64,000 nt of DNA from an uncultured Gemmatimonadales bacterium (GCA_963825055.1 CAWGSK010000013.1:73399-137398); one strand, 5' to 3'. Counted from the first letter of the stretch, positions 49,550 to 59,390 are shown. The notes: generated by a model from the letters alone, not told the origin. Translations and numbers: made by a program.

Positions 49550-49651
49550 GTGAGTAGTGAGTAGTGAGTAGTGAGTAGTGTTTCGGAAGGTAGTTCCTCT
49601 CGCGCCGGCCTCACCGTAAAGCACTATTCACTAATCACCACTCACTCATCC
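49550..49651. repeat. (GTGAGTA)x4 array plus degenerate inverted counterpart (CACTATT CACTAAT CACCACT CACTCAT)
   Basis: Read directly, immediately after the ku stop. Confidence 0.8.
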
Positions 49652-49663
49652 CCGGACCTGCTC

Positions 49664-50969
49664 TTGCACCGCTGCCTCTTCGTTATCGCGTTCCTCGCCG
49701 CCGCACCGTCCCTCCAGGCGCAGTCCCTGTCACCCGTAGAGCAGCGCATCACGGCGTCCGTCGATGCCGGCGTTCCGGCGTCGCTGGCGCTGCTGGAACG
49801 GGTCGTCAACATCAACAGCGGAACCATGAACCAGGACGGCGTGCGCAAGGTCGGCGCCGTGTTCCAGTCGGCCTTCGATTCGCTGGGGTTCGCGACGGAA
49901 TGGAAGGACGGCGCGCGATGGGGACGGGCCGGTCACCTGGTGGCGACACGCACGGGAGACGGCCGTGGACCGAAGGTTCTCTTCATCGGGCACCTCGACA
50001 CCGTCTTCGAACCCGACTCGCCGTTCCAGCGGTTCGAGCGCCTGGGGGCGGACAGCGCCCGCGGCCCGGGCACCACGGACATGAAGGGCGGCAACGTCGT
50101 CATGCTGCTCGCGCTGCGGGCACTGCAGGACGCGAAGCTGCTGGATCGCATCCAGGTCACCGTGGTGCTCATGGGCGATGAAGAGGACAGCGGCGAGCCG
50201 CTCTCCCTCGCGCGGGCGGACCTGGTCAATGCCGCGAAATGGGCCGACGTTGCCATCGGGTTCGAGGATGGTGACGACGACCCGCGCACCGCCGTCATCG
50301 GGCGCCGGGGCGTGGCCGGCTGGACGCTCAGGACCTCGGGGACACCGTACCACAGCTCACAGATCTTCCAGCCCGAAGTCGGAAGCGGGGCCATCTTCGA
50401 GGCCGCCAGGATCCTGTCGGCGTTCCGTGACTCCCTCGCCGGCGAACCCAACCTCACGTTCAACCCCGGCGTGATTGTCGGCGGCACCACCATCACAGCT
50501 CGATCCGGTCACCCAGCGCGGCACCGCGTTCGGCAAGAGCAACGTCGTCGCGGAGAGCACCGTCGTCACCGGCGACATCCGGACGCTGGCTCCCGCCCAG
50601 CTTGCCCGCGCCCGGGCGAGGATGCAGGCCATCGTCGCGCGACATTACCCGCGGACGGGGGCCACGATCGAGTTCGGCGAGGGCTATCCTCCCATGGCCC
50701 CGACCGACGGCAACCGCCGGCTGCTGGCGATGATCGACCAGGCCAGCCGGGACCTCGGCGCCGGTCCCGTCACCGCGGTCGACCCGGCCCGGGCCGGCGC
50801 GGCTGACGTCTCCTTCGCCGCGGATTACGTCGACATGGCGGTGGACGGCATGGGGCTCCTCGGACGAGGCGGCCACACCGTGGAGGAAACAGCCGACCTC
50901 ACGACACTGCCTTTGCAGGCGAAGCGGGTGGCGGTGGCGCTGGCGAGGATAGCGAAGGACACGCGGTAG
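49664..50969 (+). pseudogene. M20-family peptidase (carboxypeptidase G2-like), frameshift at about 50492
   Basis: HLDTVF, GPGTTDMKGG, VLMGDEEDSGE motifs in ORF 49571..50806. The C-terminal third (QLDPVTQRGTAFGKSNVVAE...GGHTVEE) is in ORF 50475..50969. The TTG start at 49664 is inferred from the signal peptide. Confidence 0.7.
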
Positions 50970-51010
50970 GCAACAGGCAGTCGCACGCATACTCGAACAG
51001 GGGAGTTCCC

Positions 51011-51598
51011 ATGTTGAGCCGCACTCTCGCCGTGACGGTCCTTCTCGTGAGCGCGGCCGCGCCCATCCGCGCCCAGGACGCCTCCCCGACGCTGTCCGGG
51101 ACCGACACCGAGTTGCTCGACAATACCCTGGAACTCCGTTTCGGGTGCGACCCGATGGAACTGGCGGCGGCCGAAGGCTCGTCGTTCTCCGCCAGTATCG
51201 GCGGGGAGTCGGTCGAGGGGCACGCCGTCTGGGGCGTCGAGCGCGACGGCGACCTGATCCTGATACTGGGGAAGTTCGAGGGCACCGGCGGCCAGTGCCT
51301 GATCTTGGCCAGCCACGACGGCCCGCCGGAAGTCGGCGCCTGGCCCGTGATCGCCCTCTCCCCCGCGCTCATGAACGGGGAACTCGAGGGACGCCACTTC
51401 GCCGGCGGCTGGTTCGCCAAGGTGGACACGATCGGTCACACGCTGGTTCCCGACTCGGGGACTCTCGTGTTCACATCCCTGGAAAGCGGGAAGCTCACGG
51501 GCTCGTTCATGCTGGATGGATGGACCGTCACCGAGGGGGAGCCGGAGACGGGGCGGCTCAGGATCGAGGGAACCTTCGTGGCGGTGGAGCCGAAGTAG
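51011..51598 (+). CDS. Hypothetical secreted protein
   Basis: 195 aa with signal peptide MLSRTLAVTVLLVSAAAPIRAQ. No family recognised. Confidence 0.5.
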   Translation: MLSRTLAVTVLLVSAAAPIRAQDASPTLSGTDTELLDNTLELRFGCDPMELAAAEGSSFSASIGGESVEGHAVWGVERDGDLILILGKFEGTGGQCLILASHDGPPEVGAWPVIALSPALMNGELEGRHFAGGWFAKVDTIGHTLVPDSGTLVFTSLESGKLTGSFMLDGWTVTEGEPETGRLRIEGTFVAVEPK

Positions 51599-51761
51599 GG
51601 CGGACAGCCGGACAGGCGGACAGGCGGACAGGCGGACAGGCGGACAGGCGGACAGGCGGACAGGCGGACAGGCGGACAGGCGGACAGGCGGACGATAAAC
51701 TTTCCTTCCCGATACCCGATACCCGATACCCGATACCCGATCCCCGATCCCCGATCCCCGA
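51599..51761. repeat. (GGACAGGC)x about 11 octamer array followed by (CGATACC/CGATCCC)x7 heptamer array
   Basis: Read directly, between convergent genes. Confidence 0.9.
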
Positions 51762-52344
51762 CTACCTCTCCGTCGCAACCGCCTCGATCCGCCGATCCGG
51801 CACCAGCCATATCAGCGCTACGGCAATGTAGATCCCGCCCGCGATCGCGTGATGCACGAACGCAAGGGGGATCGCCACTACGTAGAGCCCGAGTGATAGC
51901 TTCCCCTTCACGTCCCCCCTGACCGCCCGCGCCAGCCGGGAATCCGGCCCCTGGTCATTCCGGATGATCGCGGTCTGGAGGATGGGGTAGGAGATCGCCG
52001 CGCAGAGCAGCACTACCCCGTATGCCGCCATCGGCAGGACTTGCGAAATGACTCTCCCCCATCCAGGTCGTCACGAACGGCACCAGCGAAAGCCAGAACA
52101 GCAGGTGCAGGTTGCTCCACAGGATCGGGCCGTTCACCCGCTCGGTGATCCGGAGCATGTGATGATGGTTGTTCCAGTAGATGCCGAGGAAGACGAAGCT
52201 CAGGACATAGATGAAGAGGCTGGGCCAGGACTCCCGGAAGTCCGCCCAGGCCGCCCCGTGGGGAATGTGCAGTTCCAGCACCATGATGGTGATGATGATG
52301 GCGATGACGCCGTCACTGAAGGCTTCGAGCCGTTCCTTGGTCAT
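51762..52344 (-). pseudogene. TMEM175/DUF1211-family potassium-channel-like membrane protein, frameshift at about 52042
   Basis: MTKERLEAFSDGVIAIIITIMVLEL (signature) ...TTWMGESHFA in one frame, and VLPMAAYGVVLLCAAISYPILQTAI... in another. Confidence 0.7.
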
Positions 52345-52395
52345 GGGAGATGGAACATGATGCGCGGAAGCCCGTGAAGCAATGGAGAACGCCGG

Positions 52396-52935
52396 CTAGC
52401 GCCGGGCGGGGCAACTCCAGGAGGCGAAGACGGCGGCGTACCCGACCCTGGGAAGCACCCGCTCCGCCGTCATGGCGAGTCCGGCCAGGATCACCAGGAG
52501 CGCGAGCACGTGAGTCCACCAGATGCGTTGGGCCCACGAGGCGGTGGCCGCCCAGGTACCGGCCACGATCACCGACAGCACGGCCGCCAGATATCCGGCC
52601 AGCGGCCAGCCGCAGGCGCGGGCGTAGGGCCACTGCGTCATCGCGATGGCCAGCGTGCAGGCGAGCACGACGCGAAGCGCCAGCAGCCAGCGCTCGGAAC
52701 GGGCGGGGGCGGTTCCGGCAACCGCGCCACGGTGTCCGCCGCCCCCGACTTTGGGCGTCGAGAGCCGGCGAGGCGCCGGGGTCGCGAAGATCATGTCGTC
52801 GGCGCCGGGATCACGCGAATCGCCCAGCTGCGCGAGCAGCCGGTCGACTTCATGCGACATCGGATCGTGGTGGGCATTGGCCACGGGGCCCCCGGAGAAG
52901 AACTCGGCAAGGCGATGGTCGGTTATGGTGCGCAT
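52396..52935 (-). CDS. Hypothetical membrane protein
   Basis: 179 aa with three predicted TM helices in the C-terminal half. No family recognised. Confidence 0.45.
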   Translation of the reverse strand: MRTITDHRLAEFFSGGPVANAHHDPMSHEVDRLLAQLGDSRDPGADDMIFATPAPRRLSTPKVGGGGHRGAVAGTAPARSERWLLALRVVLACTLAIAMTQWPYARACGWPLAGYLAAVLSVIVAGTWAATASWAQRIWWTHVLALLVILAGLAMTAERVLPRVGYAAVFASWSCPARR

Positions 52936-53164
52936 CCACCGTGCCAGCCGGCCTTCCCGCGCATAACCCGTGGTATCGACGTGGGATAGACATGCCAGAC
53001 CCCGCGGGACGACTGACTCAGCCTTCGCAGTTCGCGCGGCCGGTCAGGTAATTCCTTCTGCAATCCAGTGCATGTGCCGGAACAAAAGGGAAGAGAGAAC
53101 GAAGTGCGGCAGCCGCACCCGATTCCTCTTCCCTGTTGCCGCTTCCCTGTTCCCTGGGTGTTCA

Positions 53165-53222
53165 TGCCCGAGGCGAGAGTCGAACTCGCATGGGGTTGCC
53201 CCCGGTGGATTTTGAGTCCACG
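53165..53222 (-). tRNA. Truncated tRNA-Leu(CAA): anticodon arm to 3' end only (no acceptor 5' strand or D-arm)
   Basis: Minus strand GTGGA-CTCAAAA-TCCAC CGGGGGCAACCCCAT GCGAG-TTCGACT-CTCGC CTCGGGC-A. The 5' partner GCCCGAG is absent upstream. A hairpin plus T-rich tract follows the 3' end. Confidence 0.7.
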
Positions 53223-53689
53223 AAGGTGAGGAAACAAGGGACTCTCCAGACCACTAGAGCCCTCTGGGTGAAGGACTTGTGCCACAATCTGTGGTCGCCT
53301 GGAGTCTACAATGGTCCCCCGTTCAGCCAAAGGTTCCGCCATAGGCCCCCCCCTTGAACAAGGCACCCGGGTGCCCTTGGAATAGGCCCGGTCAGGGGCT
53401 GGAGTCGAGTCCTGCCCCAAGAACCGTGCCCGACATGCTTCAAAAAAAAATCACAAATGAAGGTAGAGGATATTCTGGCCGCGAATCCAACACCTGCCCT
53501 CCGACGTAGACATACAGGCTCCGATCCTGACATGGCCCACTTCGGCGGAAGGTCAGACTCATCACGGTGCCACTGGAAGATCAGCCGGCTCTCCGATCTC
53601 GAGCAACAAACCTCGGCGTTGTTCCCGCCGAAGCCGTCTGCCGGCTGCTCGTCATCAACGGCGACGGCGTGAAGGTCTTGACCTCGACA

Positions 53690-54337
53690 TCAGCGGAAGA
53701 GGCGGAGAAACCCCGGGTCCGGCGCCCTCGCCAGACGCCAGGAGGTGAAAGACGGGGCACTTTTGGTAAGCGAGAATGCAGCAAGTCGCATTAGGAAAGG
53801 GGCCCATAGAAATACGGACCCCCCTCCGGCTGAGCGTGTCGTCCCGGGCCAACTCTGCGGGAGCGACTCTACCTGCCTTCCCGCATCTATCGTGGCGGAC
53901 TCCCCCAGATAGAGTATTCCCAGAATGTCAGGAGAATCTCCCGGGCCAGGGCCTTGAAAACTGATGTCGGACTTCTCGAACGAAAACTTCCAACGCCACT
54001 GCAGAATCGTGTCGAGCGGAACCAGAAGGGAGTCTGACCCTGCGATGACCAGGATTTGAGATGCATCGGGGTTTAACCTGTGTCGCTCGTCCAATACGGC
54101 ATTCAAGCTCTCCACTGACATTCGGTTAAAGAGTCCCTCAACCTGAGAGGGGGGTCGGCACGCAACCACGAATTTCGAATCGAGTTCGTAGCCCACGCAA
54201 CGGATAAGCGTTTCGATCTCGGGAGGGTCTCCGTCATCGACAGTATATATCGGCACAAAATCGCCGCTGTGAGCAAAGGCAGGCGAAACAGGCACCATCC
54301 GAAGCATCATGATAGTGAGTCTCCACAATATGTCCAT
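53690..54337 (-). CDS. Hypothetical protein in the immunity position downstream of Rhs-1
   Basis: ATG lies 16 bp after the Rhs-1 stop. The region is lower in GC. The N-terminal two thirds look protein-like, but the C-terminal third is compositionally doubtful, so the true stop is uncertain. Confidence 0.4.
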   Translation of the reverse strand: MDILWRLTIMMLRMVPVSPAFAHSGDFVPIYTVDDGDPPEIETLIRCVGYELDSKFVVACRPPSQVEGLFNRMSVESLNAVLDERHRLNPDASQILVIAGSDSLLVPLDTILQWRWKFSFEKSDISFQGPGPGDSPDILGILYLGESATIDAGRQVESLPQSWPGTTRSAGGGSVFLWAPFLMRLAAFSLTKSAPSFTSWRLARAPDPGFLRLFR

Positions 54338-54355
54338 TTCGTAGCCTCAGCTGGG

Positions 54356-57300
54356 TCAAGATCCTTCGGGGATATCATGGCCGCCCTCGAGAAGCTCTCC
54401 GACTCTAATAGTCACCGTTCCCACACGTGTATTAACTGCTGCGGTTATAGAATACAAGTTTCCTTGGTTAATCATCACCCCTGAGTACCTAAGAGCGCCC
54501 CGCGCTGTTCTGTAGGGATTACTAGGGTAGTGCCCTTGATTCGGATCAATCCGTAGTTGGAAGAACGTTGGGCCAATACTGACCGAATTATAATGCGGAA
54601 CTAATCCAAAAATGGCCCTGCCCCTTATGATTGTCCTGTACACAACGTTCTCTGTCCATTCTTTATACTCATCTTCACCACGTGTAAGCCTGTTGTAATA
54701 TGCCGATAGGATTATCCGTTCGCCCGGTGAGAAAATGTAAGGCTCTGGGTCCGAAGCATTCGCCTTCTCTTGTTCCTCCCGTTCTTGCCTACGTTCGGCT
54801 TTATGTTCAGCCCAAGCATCTAGCGCGGCTTCATTGAGATCCGCCCATGTCGTGAGGGCGCCGCCTAGTCTTTCCCCCAACGACCCTTGTCCTGACCCTC
54901 CAATGGTGCCGTCACGATTCATGCAGAACAAATTCCCGCAGTTTGCTGTCCACCCTGATTCATAGTCCATATTCATCCCAGAGGGATCCCTCGCATCCAA
55001 CACCTGTCCGCCCACGTAAGAGTAGACGTTGGCACCACCACCATACCCGATCGGATCCTCCTGCACAAACCGGAGCATGTCGGGGCTGTAGTACCGGGCC
55101 CGATGGAAATACCAGCCCGTCTCCGCGTCGTATTCCCGCCCGGTCCACCGGTACCGGAGCCCCGGATCCGTCCCGGACTGGGTTTCCTGGTTTCCATATG
55201 GGTCGTAGCTGACGGCGTACTTCCAGGTCCCGTTCCGCTGAGTCAGAGTCCGGACGCTCCCCAGTTTGTCCTGGGCGGTGTAGTAGTGGTTCCCGGCGGC
55301 ATCCCGGAGCGCCAGCAGGTCATCGGTGCCCAGGCCCCAGGTGTAGCGCCACCCGATGGTCGAGCCCGCCGAGTCCGTCTCGAAGGCCACGTGGTCTCCG
55401 TGGTACACGTACCGCGTATACCCCACCGTCCCCCCCGTCGCGGAGCTGTAGACCCGCTTGGCGATGCGGCGGCCGAGGACGTCGTACCCGTATCGGACGA
55501 TGAGGGTACCGTTCCGGCGCACACTCCGGAGCCGGTTCAGGGCGTCATAATCGTAGGTTCTGACCTCCACCACGGACGAGTCCTTCGTCAGATTCCCGTC
55601 GCGGTCGTAGGTGAACCAATGCGTGTAGCCACTTGTTTTCCGTTGCAGAAGCCGAGAGGTCACGGTGTGGTAGAATTCAGTCCCTCCTGGGGTTCTGATA
55701 TTGCCATTCTTGTCGAAGGAGAAGGTGAGGCTGTCCACCGGGAAATGGCTGCTGTTCTGGTGTTGTACCCAGCTGATGACCCGGCGCCAGCCGTCATACA
55801 CCGTGCTGTCCTGCAGGCTGTCCAGCCCGCTCGCATTGTTCCGGCCGGTCCACAGGTTACTCAGCGCCGGCCCCGGCATGGTATCGGGCCCGGTGGGGTC
55901 GGACGCGCGCTCGTAGCGCCCGAGGGTGTAGCCGGAGATTGTGGTGTGGCGCTCGTCCAGCTCGCCGGTCAGCGCGTAGCTCAGATTGGTGTGCGCGGCC
56001 CCTGACGGCGAGGCAATGCGCACGACCGCCGGCCGGCCCCGGCCATCGAAGGCATAGGAGACCGTATCCGCCCACGGGGTGAGGAGCGAATCCGCCATGC
56101 CGCGGAGAGTCTCATACTTCGTCGTCCAGGTCCCGAGCGCGTCCGTTACGGTGGCCGGGCGCTCCCAGGTATCGTAGGTGTAGCTCGTAGGCCTTGCGAT
56201 GCTGCCGCTCTTGGTCGTATCCGTCTTGAGCCGCCCACGCTGGTCGTAGGTCCAGGCTACCGCCCCAAGGACCTTGCCGATCGAGTCCACCTGACTCGCC
56301 CACCAGATCCTGGTGACCTGATCCAGGGGACCGGTGTACTTCGTCTTCCGGTCGCCCACGGTGGGAATCGTTGTCAGAGTGTCCCGGTTCCGGGAATCGT
56401 ACCAGGTCTCGATGGTGTAGCCTCGGCGAGTGATGGACTTCTTGAGGTTTCCGGCCTTGTCGTAAACCATTGAATCCTTGACAGCCATGGAGTCGGTCCA
56501 GGGTCTACGGCTCAGGAGGCGGCTCAGCCGATCGTACACGTACATCGTCGCCGTTGTGTCGGTCGTGTGGATCGTGAGACGCAGGGAATCACGCCCCGCG
56601 CGGTCCTTGACGAAACCCACATGCTGCACACGAAGCGTGTCGGTAGTCAGCGGCCATGAAGGTGTGTTACACGGTGCCGTGCAGTCGTCCGTGCGCAGAC
56701 TCATGCTGGTGGTCACCTCGTTGGCCGTTGTATAGACCTGTCGGCCCCGGCGCCACTGATACTTGACGGCGGTGCCGGTGGACTTGACCGGAATCTTGCT
56801 GTCATTGGTGGTGTCACGGCCCATGATGTCATACAGGACCTGGCTGACCACTTGGCCGGACTCATCGATGGTCTGCCAGGGGTTTCCCCAGGTCGTCTCG
56901 TAGGTCATGTGGCGGGATTTCGACGACCCCGGAAGACGGACGGAGTCCACCTGGCCGTTCGACTTGTACCAGGTCAGCGTGACGTTGCCCTGCGCATCCT
57001 TTGCATAGATCAGGTTTCCGTTGGCGTCGTAGTCCAGGCTGTCGACCTTGTTCCGATTGTCGATCCGCTTCACGACCCGGTGGTTGCCGTCATAGACCAG
57101 GCTGTCGCCGCGCAGGGTATCCCCCGCGGCCCGGATGATGTACGTCTTCACCACCCGCTTGAATGCATCGTAGGCAGCGTACGTTCGGCTGGAGTCCGCC
57201 GTCTTGCCCTGCGACCAGAGGAGAAAGCCGTCCGCGTCGTACTGGGCCTCGGAAAGTGTGCCGAGGGCATCCCAGCTCTTGAGCGCCTGGGCCCACCGGT

Positions 57301-59278
57301 TGATGAGCGAGCGGGTCCAGTTGCTCTTCGGGTCCTCCATCTCCACGTACACACTGTCCAGCGACCGCAAGGAGCCCCATCCCTGCCGCTCATACGGCAT
57401 ATAAGTCACCGTAGGGTTGAGCCAGGTGCCGGTCTCGTCCTGCACCCGTGGCGCCTTGGCCTGGATCGGCCGGCGCTTGAAGGTGGAGTCATAGACAATG
57501 GTCGTGGTGTCCGTGATCACCCCGATCCGGCGGGTCAGGACGACCGTGCCGGTGCCCGGGTAGGTCTGGTACGTGTACTTCGTGGTGAAGGGCCTGGCGG
57601 GCAGCGAGCTCAATGAATCGTAGGTGAGCTGGTAGGTGGTACCGTTGACCACGACCTTCGTCGCACGGGCGGCCCCGCTGGTCAGCGCGGTGATCGTGGA
57701 GATCTTACCATTGCCGTCGTAGGCGAACGTAATCGTCTTGTCCTTCGGGTCCTTGAGGACGCTGACCGCGCCGCTGCCGGTATAGGTCACGGTGTCCCGG
57801 TTCCCATTGGCGTCCACCGTGGCAGCCAAGCGGCCTTGGGAGTCGTACTTGACCTTCGCCGTGGACCCACGCGGTCGGAGTTCCCAGCCGTTCGCCGTCT
57901 TGACGAGGGTGGTAAAGCTGCCGGGGGGCGAGAGATAGAGGCTGTCGCCGTTGCCCCGGAAGATCGTCGCCGTTCCTCCAGACCCCACGAGGATTCTGTC
58001 GTTACCCGCCGCCACGAGCTGGCTGACTCCGCTGGGCCACCAGCCGGAGCCGTACGCCGTGGTCCGGCGGTCTACTAGGACAATCTCCACCGAATCCGCC
58101 GAGATCTTGGTGGTGGCACCCGAGGTCACCCGGGCCTCGACCGTGAGCCACTTCCCGGTGGGACTGCTGAACGTGCTCCCCGAAAAGTCGCCCTGGAGCG
58201 TGGCCCGGCACTTCTTGACCGCCCCGGTCGCACAGGTCGGCGAACTCAGGGTGACCGAATCGAGTCCGGTCACGCCATCCTTCAGAATGAGCTTGATCTG
58301 ACTTGGCGTCCCTGCCGGCCAGGGCAGCTCGAGGTCGACGTTGACCAGCGCGCGCGGGTAGGACGTCCGGGTGGAATAGACGAGGCCGGTGCCCCGGGCA
58401 CTGCCCATCGAGAAATACGGAATCGTGCTGAAGCCGGTCGTGACCTCGGCGCCCACTACCCCCACCCCGGGCCCGAAGGACGACGCAAAGCCTCCGTTCA
58501 CGGCCTCGAGCGGCATGCCGGTGAAGCCCAGCACGGGAGTCGAATCGTTGACGAGGACCGCCCAGCGCGTGGTTGTCCCGCACGCGTTCTGGGTCGTACA
58601 GGACCGGAGGCTCAGCAGGCCGGAGTCGCCGACGGCGAGACGATGGATCGAGTCCAGCTCCCACTCGACCACGCCGCGATTCTGCCGGGCGAGCGACGTC
58701 ACCGTATCGCCCTTCCAGGTGAGTACGGTCTTGGTGCTATCGATCGTCGCCCCTGACACCGGTACGATTGTCGCCAGAAAGAGAGGCTGCCGGGTGTGGA
58801 CGACAGCTCGACTGCCGGAGGTCACCACGGGGGAGAGGATGGAGATCGTCGGTGGCGGCAGGAGCGAGACCGAATAGTACCCGGTATCCGTGGCCGCCCC
58901 GGACGCGATCAGGGACAGTGATCCGGCAAACACGCCGGCACTGAAGGTTACCTCCACGTCGGTGCCGCTTCCGCCTGCCAGATAGACCGAGCTCTGATCC
59001 ACTGAGCATGTCGAGAACTTGAGCGCCTTGCAGGTCAGGGTGAACGTCGTGGCCGCCGTGCCCGTGTTGTTGACCACGAATTCCGCCACGTTTCCGCTCG
59101 AGTTCTGGGCCACGGACATCCCGGTTCCGTCCGGTGTCACGGAGACACCCCAGCACGCCGGGCAGAGCGGGCCAGACCCCCCGCCGGGCAGTCCCGGGTT
59201 CTGGGCGGCGAGGGGAGCGGCGAGCAGGACCAGCAGAAGAACCGGAAGCAGGCGGACGAGGGCACGGCGGGACGCCAT
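54356..59278 (-). CDS. Rhs/YD-repeat protein with Sec signal peptide and unrecognised 205-aa C-terminal domain
   Basis: 1640 aa. Signal peptide MASRRALVRLLPVLLLVLLAAPLAAQ. Dozens of YD repeats (YDxxGNL/GRL). Core end WYFHRARYYSPDMLRFVQEDPIGYGGGANVYSYVGGQVLDARDPSGM. The C-terminal domain spans 54356..54973 at visibly lower GC. Confidence 0.9.
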   Translation of the reverse strand: MASRRALVRLLPVLLLVLLAAPLAAQNPGLPGGGSGPLCPACWGVSVTPDGTGMSVAQNSSGNVAEFVVNNTGTAATTFTLTCKALKFSTCSVDQSSVYLAGGSGTDVEVTFSAGVFAGSLSLIASGAATDTGYYSVSLLPPPTISILSPVVTSGSRAVVHTRQPLFLATIVPVSGATIDSTKTVLTWKGDTVTSLARQNRGVVEWELDSIHRLAVGDSGLLSLRSCTTQNACGTTTRWAVLVNDSTPVLGFTGMPLEAVNGGFASSFGPGVGVVGAEVTTGFSTIPYFSMGSARGTGLVYSTRTSYPRALVNVDLELPWPAGTPSQIKLILKDGVTGLDSVTLSSPTCATGAVKKCRATLQGDFSGSTFSSPTGKWLTVEARVTSGATTKISADSVEIVLVDRRTTAYGSGWWPSGVSQLVAAGNDRILVGSGGTATIFRGNGDSLYLSPPGSFTTLVKTANGWELRPRGSTAKVKYDSQGRLAATVDANGNRDTVTYTGSGAVSVLKDPKDKTITFAYDGNGKISTITALTSGAARATKVVVNGTTYQLTYDSLSSLPARPFTTKYTYQTYPGTGTVVLTRRIGVITDTTTIVYDSTFKRRPIQAKAPRVQDETGTWLNPTVTYMPYERQGWGSLRSLDSVYVEMEDPKSNWTRSLINRWAQALKSWDALGTLSEAQYDADGFLLWSQGKTADSSRTYAAYDAFKRVVKTYIIRAAGDTLRGDSLVYDGNHRVVKRIDNRNKVDSLDYDANGNLIYAKDAQGNVTLTWYKSNGQVDSVRLPGSSKSRHMTYETTWGNPWQTIDESGQVVSQVLYDIMGRDTTNDSKIPVKSTGTAVKYQWRRGRQVYTTANEVTTSMSLRTDDCTAPCNTPSWPLTTDTLRVQHVGFVKDRAGRDSLRLTIHTTDTTATMYVYDRLSRLLSRRPWTDSMAVKDSMVYDKAGNLKKSITRRGYTIETWYDSRNRDTLTTIPTVGDRKTKYTGPLDQVTRIWWASQVDSIGKVLGAVAWTYDQRGRLKTDTTKSGSIARPTSYTYDTWERPATVTDALGTWTTKYETLRGMADSLLTPWADTVSYAFDGRGRPAVVRIASPSGAAHTNLSYALTGELDERHTTISGYTLGRYERASDPTGPDTMPGPALSNLWTGRNNASGLDSLQDSTVYDGWRRVISWVQHQNSSHFPVDSLTFSFDKNGNIRTPGGTEFYHTVTSRLLQRKTSGYTHWFTYDRDGNLTKDSSVVEVRTYDYDALNRLRSVRRNGTLIVRYGYDVLGRRIAKRVYSSATGGTVGYTRYVYHGDHVAFETDSAGSTIGWRYTWGLGTDDLLALRDAAGNHYYTAQDKLGSVRTLTQRNGTWKYAVSYDPYGNQETQSGTDPGLRYRWTGREYDAETGWYFHRARYYSPDMLRFVQEDPIGYGGGANVYSYVGGQVLDARDPSGMNMDYESGWTANCGNLFCMNRDGTIGGSGQGSLGERLGGALTTWADLNEAALDAWAEHKAERRQEREEQEKANASDPEPYIFSPGERIILSAYYNRLTRGEDEYKEWTENVVYRTIIRGRAIFGLVPHYNSVSIGPTFFQLRIDPNQGHYPSNPYRTARGALRYSGVMINQGNLYSITAAVNTRVGTVTIRVGELLEGGHDIPEGS

Positions 59279-59390
59279 GAGAGGACTCCGGCAGAAGGAT
59301 GCCCTCTCCCCATGGCATATGCCGTACCAGGTGGGCTTGGAGGCTCAGGCGTTGACTCGCAAGGACTTACGAGGGCGGGATGCTACCTGC

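Noticed and set aside
53165-53260. A complete tRNA-Leu gene.
   Set aside because: The 26-28 nt upstream of the anticodon stem (…GAGAGTCCCTTGTTTCCTCACCTTCG) cannot pair with the 3' acceptor strand CTCGGGC and has no D-arm. Only a 3' fragment is supported.
53222-53420. tmRNA or another structured RNA next to the tRNA fragment (the minus-strand GGGGCAGGACTCGACTCC looks like a tmRNA 5' end).
   Set aside because: The 3' acceptor strand of the adjacent tRNA-like end does not complement it, and I could find no resume-codon or tag reading frame. The resemblance is superficial.
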